DNA from: Methylococcaceae bacterium UBA2780
Lineage (GTDB): Bacteria; Pseudomonadota; Gammaproteobacteria; Methylococcales; UBA2780
Reading direction: 5' to 3'
DNA: 64,000 nucleotides
NCBI GenBank assembly: GCA_002352345.1
Contig: DEIG01000011.1
Span: forward strand, 46,801 to 110,800
The notes under the pieces were generated by a model, which was given only the letters and a program-made list of their open reading frames with translations, was not told the origin of the DNA and did no database searches. Shown in pieces: positions 50,473-59,877 of this stretch. The position numbers and the translations under genes were made by a program. Position 1 is the stretch's first letter; every line of letters begins with the position of its first letter.

Positions 50473-50568
50473 ACTAGCTCTCAACCTTCAGAGCTATTTT
50501 CCTGAAAATCCCAGTTATTAGCCTATCCTTAAACGTAACTATTCAATTTAATTGAGGATGCAGAGCAG

Positions 50569-52272
50569 ATGTATGAACCGACTTTAGGTGCTGAACCTAG
50601 CGCTGAGTTGCCTTTTAAGCTGACGACATCGGCCATTTCTGAGTGGATTGACCAGCTACCTGTCTTAAACACGGTACACTCAGCAGAAAAGATCTACCGA
50701 GTGTTACAGTCTCTTTCTGACCTAGAAATAGAGCCAGCACTTCGGTTTCAACTCCTTGAATGTTTGAATGGGACAGCCTGCCTGCTATCCAACACTCTAG
50801 AAAAACATTTTCTGGATGCCTCCTTTCCTCTTCCTAAAAAAGAGCAAAAGCTAGCTAAGCTTTCAACACATTTGCACAGAGAGCTTACTTCCAACTACGC
50901 CATAATTACAAAAAGTGAGCCGTTTCTTGGTTCAGGTAACTTTGCTCCCTCTCAGATCAGAGCTACTGTTGGGCATGCCCTGTATTCTTTGTCTCAAGAG
51001 CAGCTTCTAATCGCTCAGCGCTATGAAGCCTGTTCAACTCGGTTTTGGACACAATTTTACGAGCTTCTTGCCTTAGTAGAACAATTAGATATTCGGCCCC
51101 TAGATAACTCAAAAGAGAACTCTATCGACCTACTAATAAAGAGGATTCTCCTTTTCTCTATATCAAACCCAAACCGCTTTTCACAGCGTGAAATCAAAGA
51201 GCTCTACTCACTCTTTAAGTTGCATGCAGAATTGGCACAGCTAGATAATCATCCCTCCAACAACCAATCTAAAAAAGCCGGATTCTTTATCGAGCTGGGG
51301 TATTTTCAGCCACCTCGGCACATAAGCCGAATAACGCCAGATTCTTCTGTCTCAACGCTAAGGTACATCCATACTAATGACTTAGTTGAGTATCTTATTG
51401 ACCAATTCAAAGCTCTGCTCAATACAGATAATGGCAACTGTCTGTTCTCCAGCAAACGAATGCTAGGGAAAGTTGTAAGAAGTCTAGGCGCTCCTGAACG
51501 GCGAAAAAACCCAAGACTCCAAAGTGAATCGCCAGCATGCACGGTTATCCCAGGCCTTGAAAACATCATCTCTTTTCTCTCAAATCCTGACAGCGCAGGA
51601 AAAACGAAAGAGGCTATTAAACCTGTACGCGCCAGTGAGCTTTGGAATGATATCCCTGACTTTGACATCATTCCATTAGACACAAACAACCTCCAGACTA
51701 ATGCATTTAGTAATAATGAGCACGGTGAAAGTATTGCACACTCAGCGCTTACAAAGTCAAAGAGCATGATTGCAAGCACTGACATTTGGGGCAAAAAACC
51801 ACTATCACGCCCTGAACTAAAAATAAAAAATCTTGACTGCAAGATATTAGATATCAGCACTAAAGGCTTCCACCTGCTCTGGATAAAAGAGGCGAATGCA
51901 AACATAAAAGTTAGCGAAATAATTTCTATATCACAAGCTGGACAGCCCATGAAAACAGGGGTTGTCCGCTGGATTGAAAATGACAGGCGGTCAGGACTCT
52001 CATTCGGAATAGAGCTACTCTCACCAGTCACTCAAATTGTAACCGCAAGCTCTCCCAAACAGCCTGACTCTGAAATAAAAGGCCTGTTAATACCAGAACT
52101 ACCCGAGAAAAACATCCAGCAAAGCATTCTAGTTTCCCCTTCAAAATACAAAACGGGTGGTTGGGTTGACCTTAAAGGGAAAACAGTCTCTAAACGCTAC
52201 CGACTACAAAAGCTGCTCGAGACCTCACCATCATTTAACCAATTTTCCCTATTTAAACTGGACAATAGCTAG
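50569..52272 (+). CDS. Hypothetical protein with C-terminal PilZ-like domain
   Basis: 567 aa. The N-terminal ~400 aa are helical and I recognise no family. The C-terminal ~110 aa have the PilZ DxSxxG motif (DISTKG, nt 51850-51867) and beta-barrel-like periodicity. The upstream RxxxR element is non-canonical (SRPELK). Confidence 0.6.
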   Translation: MYEPTLGAEPSAELPFKLTTSAISEWIDQLPVLNTVHSAEKIYRVLQSLSDLEIEPALRFQLLECLNGTACLLSNTLEKHFLDASFPLPKKEQKLAKLSTHLHRELTSNYAIITKSEPFLGSGNFAPSQIRATVGHALYSLSQEQLLIAQRYEACSTRFWTQFYELLALVEQLDIRPLDNSKENSIDLLIKRILLFSISNPNRFSQREIKELYSLFKLHAELAQLDNHPSNNQSKKAGFFIELGYFQPPRHISRITPDSSVSTLRYIHTNDLVEYLIDQFKALLNTDNGNCLFSSKRMLGKVVRSLGAPERRKNPRLQSESPACTVIPGLENIISFLSNPDSAGKTKEAIKPVRASELWNDIPDFDIIPLDTNNLQTNAFSNNEHGESIAHSALTKSKSMIASTDIWGKKPLSRPELKIKNLDCKILDISTKGFHLLWIKEANANIKVSEIISISQAGQPMKTGVVRWIENDRRSGLSFGIELLSPVTQIVTASSPKQPDSEIKGLLIPELPEKNIQQSILVSPSKYKTGGWVDLKGKTVSKRYRLQKLLETSPSFNQFSLFKLDNS

Positions 52273-52315
52273 AGAGTTACAGAGAATGAGGTGAACAAAA
52301 GGAAAATGTCTACCC

Positions 52316-54382
52316 ATGATCGCCACCAAAAAAAGGCTAATTCTTGCTATCGATGTTAAGCGGGAACAGATTGAAAACTTGGCAATGCTATGCGTAGAAG
52401 GCGATGCGAATATCACCTTTCATGCCATCTCTTCAAGTGATTACCTAAGCAATAAAGAACACCCAGAGCCTAGCCTGATTTTATTGAACATGACTCAGAC
52501 CTGCCAAGAGTCGTCAAGGGCTATTGAGGCAATCTCAGAATCACCTCACCCCATCATACTAATACACCCAACAGACTCTTGCTGCACAACATGGTGGATG
52601 CCAACATATCCTCAATTACGAGACTGCCTACCGGACAGGGATAACGAAAGAATTTCAACCGCTATTCTTCGGGAAATTGAAACGCTAGAGCTAGAACACC
52701 GTTTAAAAGAGAGCCAGTTCAAACTCAATAACATCAGCCAAGGGCTTAACTCTATTATCTCTAATGGCCATGAAGCTGCAGCCTTAATTCATAATGGCCG
52801 ATACCTAAAAGCAAACAAAGCCTATCGAAAACTTTTCTCTCTCAATAATGATCAAAGCCTCAAAATATCAGCCATACCCCAAGTTTTTATCGACATTGAG
52901 AAACCTCATTCAGCATTGGGCCCGCAGAGCAATCAAAGGCTTGAGAACTGCTCTATAACACTACAAACAGGAGAAGTTTTCCAGGCTGAAATCCTCGCGT
53001 TTCCTCTCACCATTAAAAATAAGCAGTGCCTTCAAATATTAGTTAGGAACCCATCTATAGGTAAACTTAACACTGAAGCGGCCCAACAACTCTTACACAG
53101 AGATGAGCTCACAGGCCTTATTAATAGGCAGTATTTTCTAGAGCAACTGAAAGAGCGGACAGAAAATAGAGCCTACAAAATCGACGGGGGGCTGGCTCTA
53201 ATCCTTATTGACCGCTTCAAAGCGATACGAGAGGAAAGAGGTATTCTCTATAGCGACCAACTATTAACCAAAGTTTCTCGATTGATTGAGGACAACTGCC
53301 ACCCAGATGATCTTGTTTCTCGGTTTAATGATGCTGTTTTCGCCGTTTATACCTCACGCTTAAAAGCCGAGGCATTCTCTAGCCTAATCGAACATATTCA
53401 ACAAAACACTGCTGAAACTTTGTTTGAATCGGGAGAAGATTATCTGCAAATAACCTGTAGCGTTGGAGCAAGCCTCTGGAGCGACCAGCTCTCCGATATG
53501 CAAGAGCTCATAACACGCGCAGACCAAGCATGCGCCAAAGCAGCAAAAAATGGCGGCAACCAGATTCAACTCTATAGTAGCCTGTCAACACCAATTGGTT
53601 CCGCGCTGCACGAGCAACAACAATCTGCCGAAATTTCGGCCGCTCTCAAGGAAAATCGATTCCGCCTAATTTACCAGCCAATTGTTCATCTCAATGGAGG
53701 AGAGGTAGAAAGCTATGCGGTACTTCTCCGCATGATTGATAGCGAGGGCAAACACATTTCACCCGACCAATTTATTCATCTTGCTGAAAAAACCGGGATG
53801 ATTTACAACATCGATAAATGGGTTATCCAACAAACCTGCCTGCTTATCAAGCGCGCACAAATACGCAAAAACAATCGCCTGTTCTTCGTCAAGCTATCAG
53901 GTGAGTCACTCAACAATAAGAACCTTCTACCTCACCTATACAACTGCCTTCAGGAAACAGGTACCAACGGAAAGTCGCTTGTATTCCAAATAGACTATGC
54001 CGAGTCCAGAATACGACCAGCTATTCTTAAAAACTTCATTCTTGGTATAAAAAAAGTAAACTGCCAATTTGCATTTGATCATTTTGGGTTTGGAAAATTC
54101 AGATCAATGGACTTGCAGGAACCCCCTATTGACTATATAAAAATCGATGGCGCTTTTATCCGTAATTTACTGGACAACCCAGAATATAGGGCAACAATTA
54201 AGCGTGTAATCTCCGCGTCACGCCCATTGAATATAAAAACAATTGCTAAATCAGTCGAGGATGCCAACACGCTAGCCTCTCTTTGGAATCTTGGTGTCGA
54301 TGCCGTGCAAGGCTACTTTCTCCAGGAACCTTCTGGAAACATGAAGTATGATTTTTCTTATAATGAGGATGAGAGCGCCTAA
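52316..54382 (+). CDS. FimX-like REC-PAS-GGDEF-EAL protein with degenerate GGDEF and EAL motifs
   Basis: 688 aa. The GGDEF position reads RFNDAVF (nt 53321-53341), compared with FimX RFGDSIF as I remember it. The EAL position reads ESYAVLLRM (YAVLLR at nt 53714-53731), compared with FimX ENYEVLLRL. The N-terminus looks receiver-like and lacks an obvious phospho-Asp context. Confidence 0.75.
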   Translation: MIATKKRLILAIDVKREQIENLAMLCVEGDANITFHAISSSDYLSNKEHPEPSLILLNMTQTCQESSRAIEAISESPHPIILIHPTDSCCTTWWMPTYPQLRDCLPDRDNERISTAILREIETLELEHRLKESQFKLNNISQGLNSIISNGHEAAALIHNGRYLKANKAYRKLFSLNNDQSLKISAIPQVFIDIEKPHSALGPQSNQRLENCSITLQTGEVFQAEILAFPLTIKNKQCLQILVRNPSIGKLNTEAAQQLLHRDELTGLINRQYFLEQLKERTENRAYKIDGGLALILIDRFKAIREERGILYSDQLLTKVSRLIEDNCHPDDLVSRFNDAVFAVYTSRLKAEAFSSLIEHIQQNTAETLFESGEDYLQITCSVGASLWSDQLSDMQELITRADQACAKAAKNGGNQIQLYSSLSTPIGSALHEQQQSAEISAALKENRFRLIYQPIVHLNGGEVESYAVLLRMIDSEGKHISPDQFIHLAEKTGMIYNIDKWVIQQTCLLIKRAQIRKNNRLFFVKLSGESLNNKNLLPHLYNCLQETGTNGKSLVFQIDYAESRIRPAILKNFILGIKKVNCQFAFDHFGFGKFRSMDLQEPPIDYIKIDGAFIRNLLDNPEYRATIKRVISASRPLNIKTIAKSVEDANTLASLWNLGVDAVQGYFLQEPSGNMKYDFSYNEDESA

Positions 54383-54388
54383 GAGAAA

Positions 54389-55282
54389 CTACTCGTTCGA
54401 AATCCCATGTGGTACATGCCCTGTTGGGACATGCTCGCTTGCAGATTCACAATGCGATCGCTGATCATCGAAAAAGATATCAGCTCCAAAGGCTTTCAGA
54501 AAAGCCCCTTTATCCATTCCCCCTAAGAACAGCGCATCATCAATCCTGATTTCCCAAGCTCTAAGCGTCCTTACTACCCGCTCATGCGCTGGGGCTGAAC
54601 GTGCTGTTACCAGCGCGGTTCGAATAGGCGACTGATCTGCATCATAATGCTTCTGAATCTGCTGTAAAGCGGCTAAAAATGATTTGAACGGTCCTCCCGT
54701 TAAAGGTCTTTTCGCCTCAGTTTTCTCATTTTGGGTAAAGGCATCTAGCCCATGCTGTTTATAAACCCGCTCAGATTCATCTGAAAAAAGCACCGCATCA
54801 CCATCAAAGGCAATCCTTAACTGCCCTGAACCGGAGGCCGTTTTCCCTGATGCGTAAATGGTTGCCGCCGCAAAACCTGCCTCTAATGTTTTTTCAACAT
54901 CATCTGCATTGGCCGATAAGAAAAGATCTGCTCCAAATGCGCGAATATAAGAAAAAGGGCTTTCACCGCTCGTAAAAGCAGCTCGGGTGATATCCAAATT
55001 ATGATGCTGAACTGAGTTGAATATTCGCAACCCAGTATCAGCACTATTTTGCGAAATCAGTATCACCTCAACCGCCGGTTGCTCTTTCGAAAAATCCTTA
55101 TTAATCGAAAGCAGCTTACAAACCAAGCCATAAGCGACTCCTGGCCGTAAAGCTTCGTCTTCATGATCGACTTGATAGCGGCAATAGGCCTCTGTCCCTT
55201 CACGCTTAAAAACATCATGGGATTCATCCAAATCAAACAGTGCTCTTGAAGAGATCGCAACAACGAGTTTTTTATCCATCAT
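54389..55282 (-). CDS. 5'-nucleotidase (cN-IA-like, PF06189-type)
   Basis: 297 aa. The N-terminus LVVAISSRALFDLDESHDVF and overall pattern match the bacterial 5'-nucleotidase family as remembered. Confidence 0.6.
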   Translation of the reverse strand: MMDKKLVVAISSRALFDLDESHDVFKREGTEAYCRYQVDHEDEALRPGVAYGLVCKLLSINKDFSKEQPAVEVILISQNSADTGLRIFNSVQHHNLDITRAAFTSGESPFSYIRAFGADLFLSANADDVEKTLEAGFAAATIYASGKTASGSGQLRIAFDGDAVLFSDESERVYKQHGLDAFTQNEKTEAKRPLTGGPFKSFLAALQQIQKHYDADQSPIRTALVTARSAPAHERVVRTLRAWEIRIDDALFLGGMDKGAFLKAFGADIFFDDQRSHCESASEHVPTGHVPHGISNE

Positions 55283-55348
55283 TCCCTAAAGCTGATAAAA
55301 TCAGAACCGAGTCATAAAATAGTACCCACCATCTGGAAGATACAACCC

Positions 55349-56785
55349 ATGCGGAAAAAATCAATCAATAAATACCTCGATAATCTTGAAAAGCATCTTT
55401 CAGAAGAAAACCCTGTTCTTCTTGATGCAACAAAAGGATTTAGAACGATTGATGAAATTGCCTCCGAAGTTGGGCTTCTGAAAGAGGGTGAATCAACTGC
55501 AAGCCAAATTCCTTGGTGGCCACTTATTTCCATTCTTGGCACCTTTTCCGCAGGAAAATCGACTTTCATCAACCACTATCTCGGCGCAAAAAGCCAGCGT
55601 ACAGGAAACCAAGCCGTTGATGATAAGTTTTCCGTTTTGTCTTTCAGTAAGACGGATGAGATGCGGACGCTACCCGGCATTGCCCTTGATGCAGACCCAC
55701 GCTTTCCTTTCTACCAAATCAGCACAGAAATTGATGAGGTAGCCGATGGAGAGGGACAGCGAATTAATGCCTACTTACAACTTAGAACCTGTCCCAGCGA
55801 CCGTCTTCGTGGAAAGATCCTAATCGACTCTCCGGGGTTCGATGCGGACTCACAAAGAACTTCAACACTCCGCATTACTCGGCATATCATTAATATTTCA
55901 GATCTTGTTCTAGTACTATTCGATGCCCGCCACCCAGAGCCTGGCGCAATGCAAGATACGCTACACCATCTTGTTGAAGAGACTATCCAGCGACCCGATT
56001 CAGAAAAATTTCTCTATATTCTCAACCAGATAGATACTACTGCGCGCGAAGATAATCCAGAGGATGTCGTAGCAGCTTGGCAGCGGGCTTTAGCTGAAAA
56101 AGGTCTGACCGCTGGCCGTTTTTATACCATTTATTCTCCAGATGCAGCGGTTCCAATTGAGGATGAAAACCGGCGCGCACGATTTGAAAGTAAACGTGAT
56201 CATGATCTTGCAGAAATTCATGACCGAATGCATCAGGTTGAAATAGAGCGTGCTTATCGAATTCTCAACGCCCTTGAAAAGACCACGCAAGAGCTTGAGA
56301 ACAGCGCTATACCTCTTATTAAAGAGCACCTTGCTGAGTGGAAAAAAAAGGTGCGTGTTGTCGATATATTCCTGCTCGCACTCCTAACCACATTAACAGT
56401 AGGACTCGGTATCAGCAGTGGTTTTTTACAGGGCAGCATTGAATCTTTAATTCAGGGAAATCCCATTCTTTCTGGAGCGGGAGCGGGACTATTCATTATC
56501 CTTTTTCTAAGCGGACACTTTTCAGCCAGGAAATATTACGCGAACAAAATTGCGCAAAAATTATCAGAGCAATCTGAAAACCTTATTTTCCTCGACCATC
56601 TTGATAAAGCCTTTTTGAAAAACACAACACCTGGCAGGATTTTCACCGGCAGTAGAGTTGTTGGTTGGAACAAAAGGGCAATGAGACGGGTGGAAGAGCT
56701 CCTTGAAGATAGCAAAGAGCTCGTTCAAAAGTTGAATGACACCTTCACTGATCCTTCAGGAAAAGTTGTTACACGTGAAAAATAG
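55349..56785 (+). CDS. Dynamin-family GTPase with C-terminal membrane hairpin
   Basis: 478 aa with G1 GTFSAGKST, G3 DSPGFD and G4-like LNQID. Two hydrophobic helices lie near residues 345-400 (VVDIFLLALLTTLTVGLGI, GAGAGLFIILFLSGHF). Confidence 0.7.
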   Translation: MRKKSINKYLDNLEKHLSEENPVLLDATKGFRTIDEIASEVGLLKEGESTASQIPWWPLISILGTFSAGKSTFINHYLGAKSQRTGNQAVDDKFSVLSFSKTDEMRTLPGIALDADPRFPFYQISTEIDEVADGEGQRINAYLQLRTCPSDRLRGKILIDSPGFDADSQRTSTLRITRHIINISDLVLVLFDARHPEPGAMQDTLHHLVEETIQRPDSEKFLYILNQIDTTAREDNPEDVVAAWQRALAEKGLTAGRFYTIYSPDAAVPIEDENRRARFESKRDHDLAEIHDRMHQVEIERAYRILNALEKTTQELENSAIPLIKEHLAEWKKKVRVVDIFLLALLTTLTVGLGISSGFLQGSIESLIQGNPILSGAGAGLFIILFLSGHFSARKYYANKIAQKLSEQSENLIFLDHLDKAFLKNTTPGRIFTGSRVVGWNKRAMRRVEELLEDSKELVQKLNDTFTDPSGKVVTREK

Positions 56786-56801
56786 ACAGCAGTAACCTAG
56801 T

Positions 56802-58028
56802 TCACTGAGTGATCGTCTCATCAGCGATTACTAAAATAGTTGCCGTTTGATTGTAGTGCCCTAAAGAGCCACCGAGCGTCGTACCCTGCTCACCAAAGGT
56901 ATTAAACCCGATCATCGGCACCTCTTCTCCCACAACCTCTCTAACAATTTCTTGATCATCGATATCGAGCCTGCACTTAAGCAGATGCCTCAATATGCAG
57001 TTAAAGATAATAATCGCACCAATCTTCTTTGGATTACCTGCATCTTTAATTGCATTACGAAGTGTCTCCTTAAAACTCTCGACTGCAAACTCACGATCAG
57101 ACTCCATATGCGTTAGATAGGCACCTTCGGGTACCTCTGCGTAAAAAGTGAGGCTACTGTCGTCATTGGCCGTCATCACACTTTTAATTGTATATTGACC
57201 AAAAACATCCGATGACTTAATTCCCATTGGGTTTTCGGCAAATAGATCCGCATTCAGTTCATCAACACCTAACAGGGCTTTCATCGCCTCTTCGGCCTTC
57301 TGGTTATTAAGCTCGTAAACCGTTCGCCCCTCGGCCTTCGTCACTAAGAGCCCTTCATTTGATGGATAGTATGGGTGGCCCATCGCTGTCCCCATTTTCA
57401 AAGCACTGCTTAAAACAGCCATCACACCTGAATCCTCGTAAACACCGTTACAAAACTGATGCGTGACTGTATTACTTAAATCATTTGCCGTTGACCCGCC
57501 CACAACCTGACTGACTTTACCCACCTCTTTCAATAATGTTCTGAGAAAAGCCTCTTCTCCACCACTTGTTCCACTAGGGAGAACAATGTTCACGAAAGGT
57601 TTGATATGCGCCGCCTCTGATGCGCTTTTACCGCCCATCGCAATCGTCAACATCGACATCACAATCGGATTTGCCTGAACTGCGGCGTAAGCATCTTTGA
57701 CCGCTTTTTGTGCAGCTGCATCAGGATCAACCGACAACCCTTCACCCGCACCAATGCCTACACTTAAATAAGAGCTCTGAAGTGTCATCACCGCGACACT
57801 ACTATCAACGGGTGAGTCAGCAATACTGGAAAACTCACCAATTGCTGTGCCGCCAATGACTGCTGCATCACCTACAGCATTCTTCACCACATCATAAACG
57901 TCATGAGGATTATGTGTGGAGGCGCAAAAGACAATCACCAATATTGGCTTAGGGGTTGATTGCATGGCGGATTGAATCGCCTCTTCAGGGCAGGCAGAAT
58001 GGCCCAAACCCACTTTGAGTACACTCAT
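56802..58028 (-). CDS. FIST (N+C) domain sensor protein, stand-alone
   Basis: 408 aa. The layout and motifs (..VIVFCAS.., ..GGTAIGEF.., ..GFNTFGEQG..) match FIST_N plus FIST_C. A GGAGGA RBS is present. Confidence 0.7.
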   Translation of the reverse strand: MSVLKVGLGHSACPEEAIQSAMQSTPKPILVIVFCASTHNPHDVYDVVKNAVGDAAVIGGTAIGEFSSIADSPVDSSVAVMTLQSSYLSVGIGAGEGLSVDPDAAAQKAVKDAYAAVQANPIVMSMLTIAMGGKSASEAAHIKPFVNIVLPSGTSGGEEAFLRTLLKEVGKVSQVVGGSTANDLSNTVTHQFCNGVYEDSGVMAVLSSALKMGTAMGHPYYPSNEGLLVTKAEGRTVYELNNQKAEEAMKALLGVDELNADLFAENPMGIKSSDVFGQYTIKSVMTANDDSSLTFYAEVPEGAYLTHMESDREFAVESFKETLRNAIKDAGNPKKIGAIIIFNCILRHLLKCRLDIDDQEIVREVVGEEVPMIGFNTFGEQGTTLGGSLGHYNQTATILVIADETITQ

Positions 58029-58173
58029 TTATTCCTCCGGGAATACTATTTTTTATTTATCTAAGCTCTTTGGGGGTGACCCTGACGAGTCCACCTAAAA
58101 AGCTATTTTGATCAGTGCTGATCTTAAGCCAGCTATCTGTTTAAAACTTGTTAGTGCTGCAAGGAAAAAATTC

Positions 58174-58920
58174 CTAGAACAGTAACGTATCGACAAGGTC
58201 GATCATAAATTCCATCTCTTCCTCATCCATCTCTTCAAAACCACTAAAACCAAGAGACTTCAGAACACCTTGCCCTTTTTCGTCTTCATTCATAGACAGC
58301 AAAGCCTGCCTAAAGCCATCTTTCTTATCAGCCAAAGCTGGGCCAATCATAAGAGAATGATGCACAACCTGTATTTGACTGCTAACGAGCGGTTTAAGCT
58401 GTTTGCGAACCATCGAAGAGAGGTCATTAAATGCTTCAGCAAGGAAAAAACCGACATCACTATTACCGCGCAGCAACTCTTTTGCCACCAAAACATAGCT
58501 ATCACAGCTTTTCATCTCAATATTCGTCTTATCAAGATCAGCAGGCTCAAGCATGATCATCCCCATCATATGGACATCAGGATCATCGGTTGAAGCCAGT
58601 TTTATGCCTGACTGCAGCTCCTCTACACAATTAATTGGGCTCTCAGCATTGACCGCAATAATTGCCTCATCCGACTTTGACGCGGGTTTAACAAGTGGTG
58701 AAAAACCTTTCTCACGAACCAACATTGCTGCGTCATAAGGGTTCGCAAAAATCAGATCAACTTTGCCCTCTTCAATCGCTTTTCGTTGGGATTCAAAATC
58801 ATTATAAAGCTCCAGATGGAAACCTTCTCCCAGCTGTTTTTGTATCCAAGTATTAAAAATAAACCAGCCTGATAGGTGGTCCGGCGTAAAGTCTGGGCTT
58901 ACCGTAAAATTATATGGCAT
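58174..58920 (-). CDS. PhnD-like type-2 binding-protein fold, no signal peptide
   Basis: 248 aa. DLIFANPYDAAMLVREKGFSPLVKP and the overall pattern resemble phosphonate/phosphite-binding PhnD proteins. The N-terminus MPYNFTVSPDF has no signal sequence. Confidence 0.5.
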   Translation of the reverse strand: MPYNFTVSPDFTPDHLSGWFIFNTWIQKQLGEGFHLELYNDFESQRKAIEEGKVDLIFANPYDAAMLVREKGFSPLVKPASKSDEAIIAVNAESPINCVEELQSGIKLASTDDPDVHMMGMIMLEPADLDKTNIEMKSCDSYVLVAKELLRGNSDVGFFLAEAFNDLSSMVRKQLKPLVSSQIQVVHHSLMIGPALADKKDGFRQALLSMNEDEKGQGVLKSLGFSGFEEMDEEEMEFMIDLVDTLLF

Positions 58921-58950
58921 CTTATTCTCTCCGTAATCTGATAAGGCTGC

Positions 58951-59424
58951 TTAAAAGAGTGTTGGGTAGAGCGCGATGCACTCTTCAACTTTTTTACGAG
59001 AAGGTTTTCTACGAACAGAAGTAAACCCAACGACCTCGCCATTCCTCACATTTGGAATTGCGGTTGCCTTAACCCAATAATAGCCACCATCTTTACGCAG
59101 ATTTTTGACGTACCCCTGCCACTTTTCACCACGAGCACTCGTGTCCCACAAATCTTTAAACGCTGCCGGCGGCATATCAGGGTGGCGCAAAATAGAGTGA
59201 GGCGCACCAATCAATTCCTCTTCTGTATACCCAGACATATCGATAAAGGACTGGTTCACATGGGTAATCATCCCCTTTGTATCGGTTCTCGAAACAATCA
59301 AGCGACCATCTGGATAAGGCGATTCAATTTCTGAATAAAGTATCTTACGAGGACCCCAGCCGTATAGTTCCAGAGTTACTTCCTGATATTCACCCGTGAT
59401 ATCTTCCGGTTTCATATCTTCCAT
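58951..59424 (-). CDS. Stand-alone Aer-type (FAD-binding) PAS domain protein
   Basis: 157 aa. GAPHSILRHPDMPPAAFKDLWDT...GEKWQGYVKNLRKDGGYYWVKATAIP closely matches the Aer N-terminal PAS signature (PHN.VRHPDMP.AAF.DMW......W.G.VKNR.K.G..YWV). Confidence 0.8.
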   Translation of the reverse strand: MEDMKPEDITGEYQEVTLELYGWGPRKILYSEIESPYPDGRLIVSRTDTKGMITHVNQSFIDMSGYTEEELIGAPHSILRHPDMPPAAFKDLWDTSARGEKWQGYVKNLRKDGGYYWVKATAIPNVRNGEVVGFTSVRRKPSRKKVEECIALYPTLF

Positions 59425-59463
59425 ATCATCCCTCCCGCTCTAGTGATAGAGCAATCATATCTG

Positions 59464-59826
59464 TTAGAGCAATTTAGCAATATTTTCAGCAGCCCTTTTA
59501 ACATCGAGAAAGATCAATCCCAATTTTGCATTAGGTTTTGCCATCACGGTCAAAACAGCCTCATCGCCTGCATAGGTCATCAAAACGTAGCCGTTATCAC
59601 CTTTAATCAGAACCTGTTCCAATGCGCCTCTCTCTAACTCCTGAGCGGTTCGGTCACCCAAAGAGAGCATTGCTGCACTCATTGCGCCAACCCGATCCTC
59701 ATCCATCGCTTGAGGAAGCACTGCGGCCATCATCAAACCATCTGTAGAAATGACACCTGATGCCTCAATATCGGCTGATGTTCCATTCAAATCCGTTAAA
59801 ACGGAAGTCAACATATCTGCTCTCAT
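59464..59826 (-). CDS. Roadblock/LC7 (MglB-like) domain protein
   Basis: 120 aa with the typical Roadblock pattern (..ASGVISTDGLMMAAV...DRVGAMSAAMLSLG....LE.G.LEQVLIKGDNGYVLM...). Confidence 0.8.
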   Translation of the reverse strand: MRADMLTSVLTDLNGTSADIEASGVISTDGLMMAAVLPQAMDEDRVGAMSAAMLSLGDRTAQELERGALEQVLIKGDNGYVLMTYAGDEAVLTVMAKPNAKLGLIFLDVKRAAENIAKLL

Positions 59827-59877
59827 AACGCTCTACTCCTAACTTTCTATAATTTCTCTGGAATACAAAAACTTAAA

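Noticed and set aside
51306-52031. 241-aa ORF antisense to the PilZ-like protein gene
   Set aside because: It has no RBS or promoter context, its composition is Ser/Leu/Phe-rich and typical of antisense frames, and it lies entirely within a sense gene that has recognisable domain motifs.
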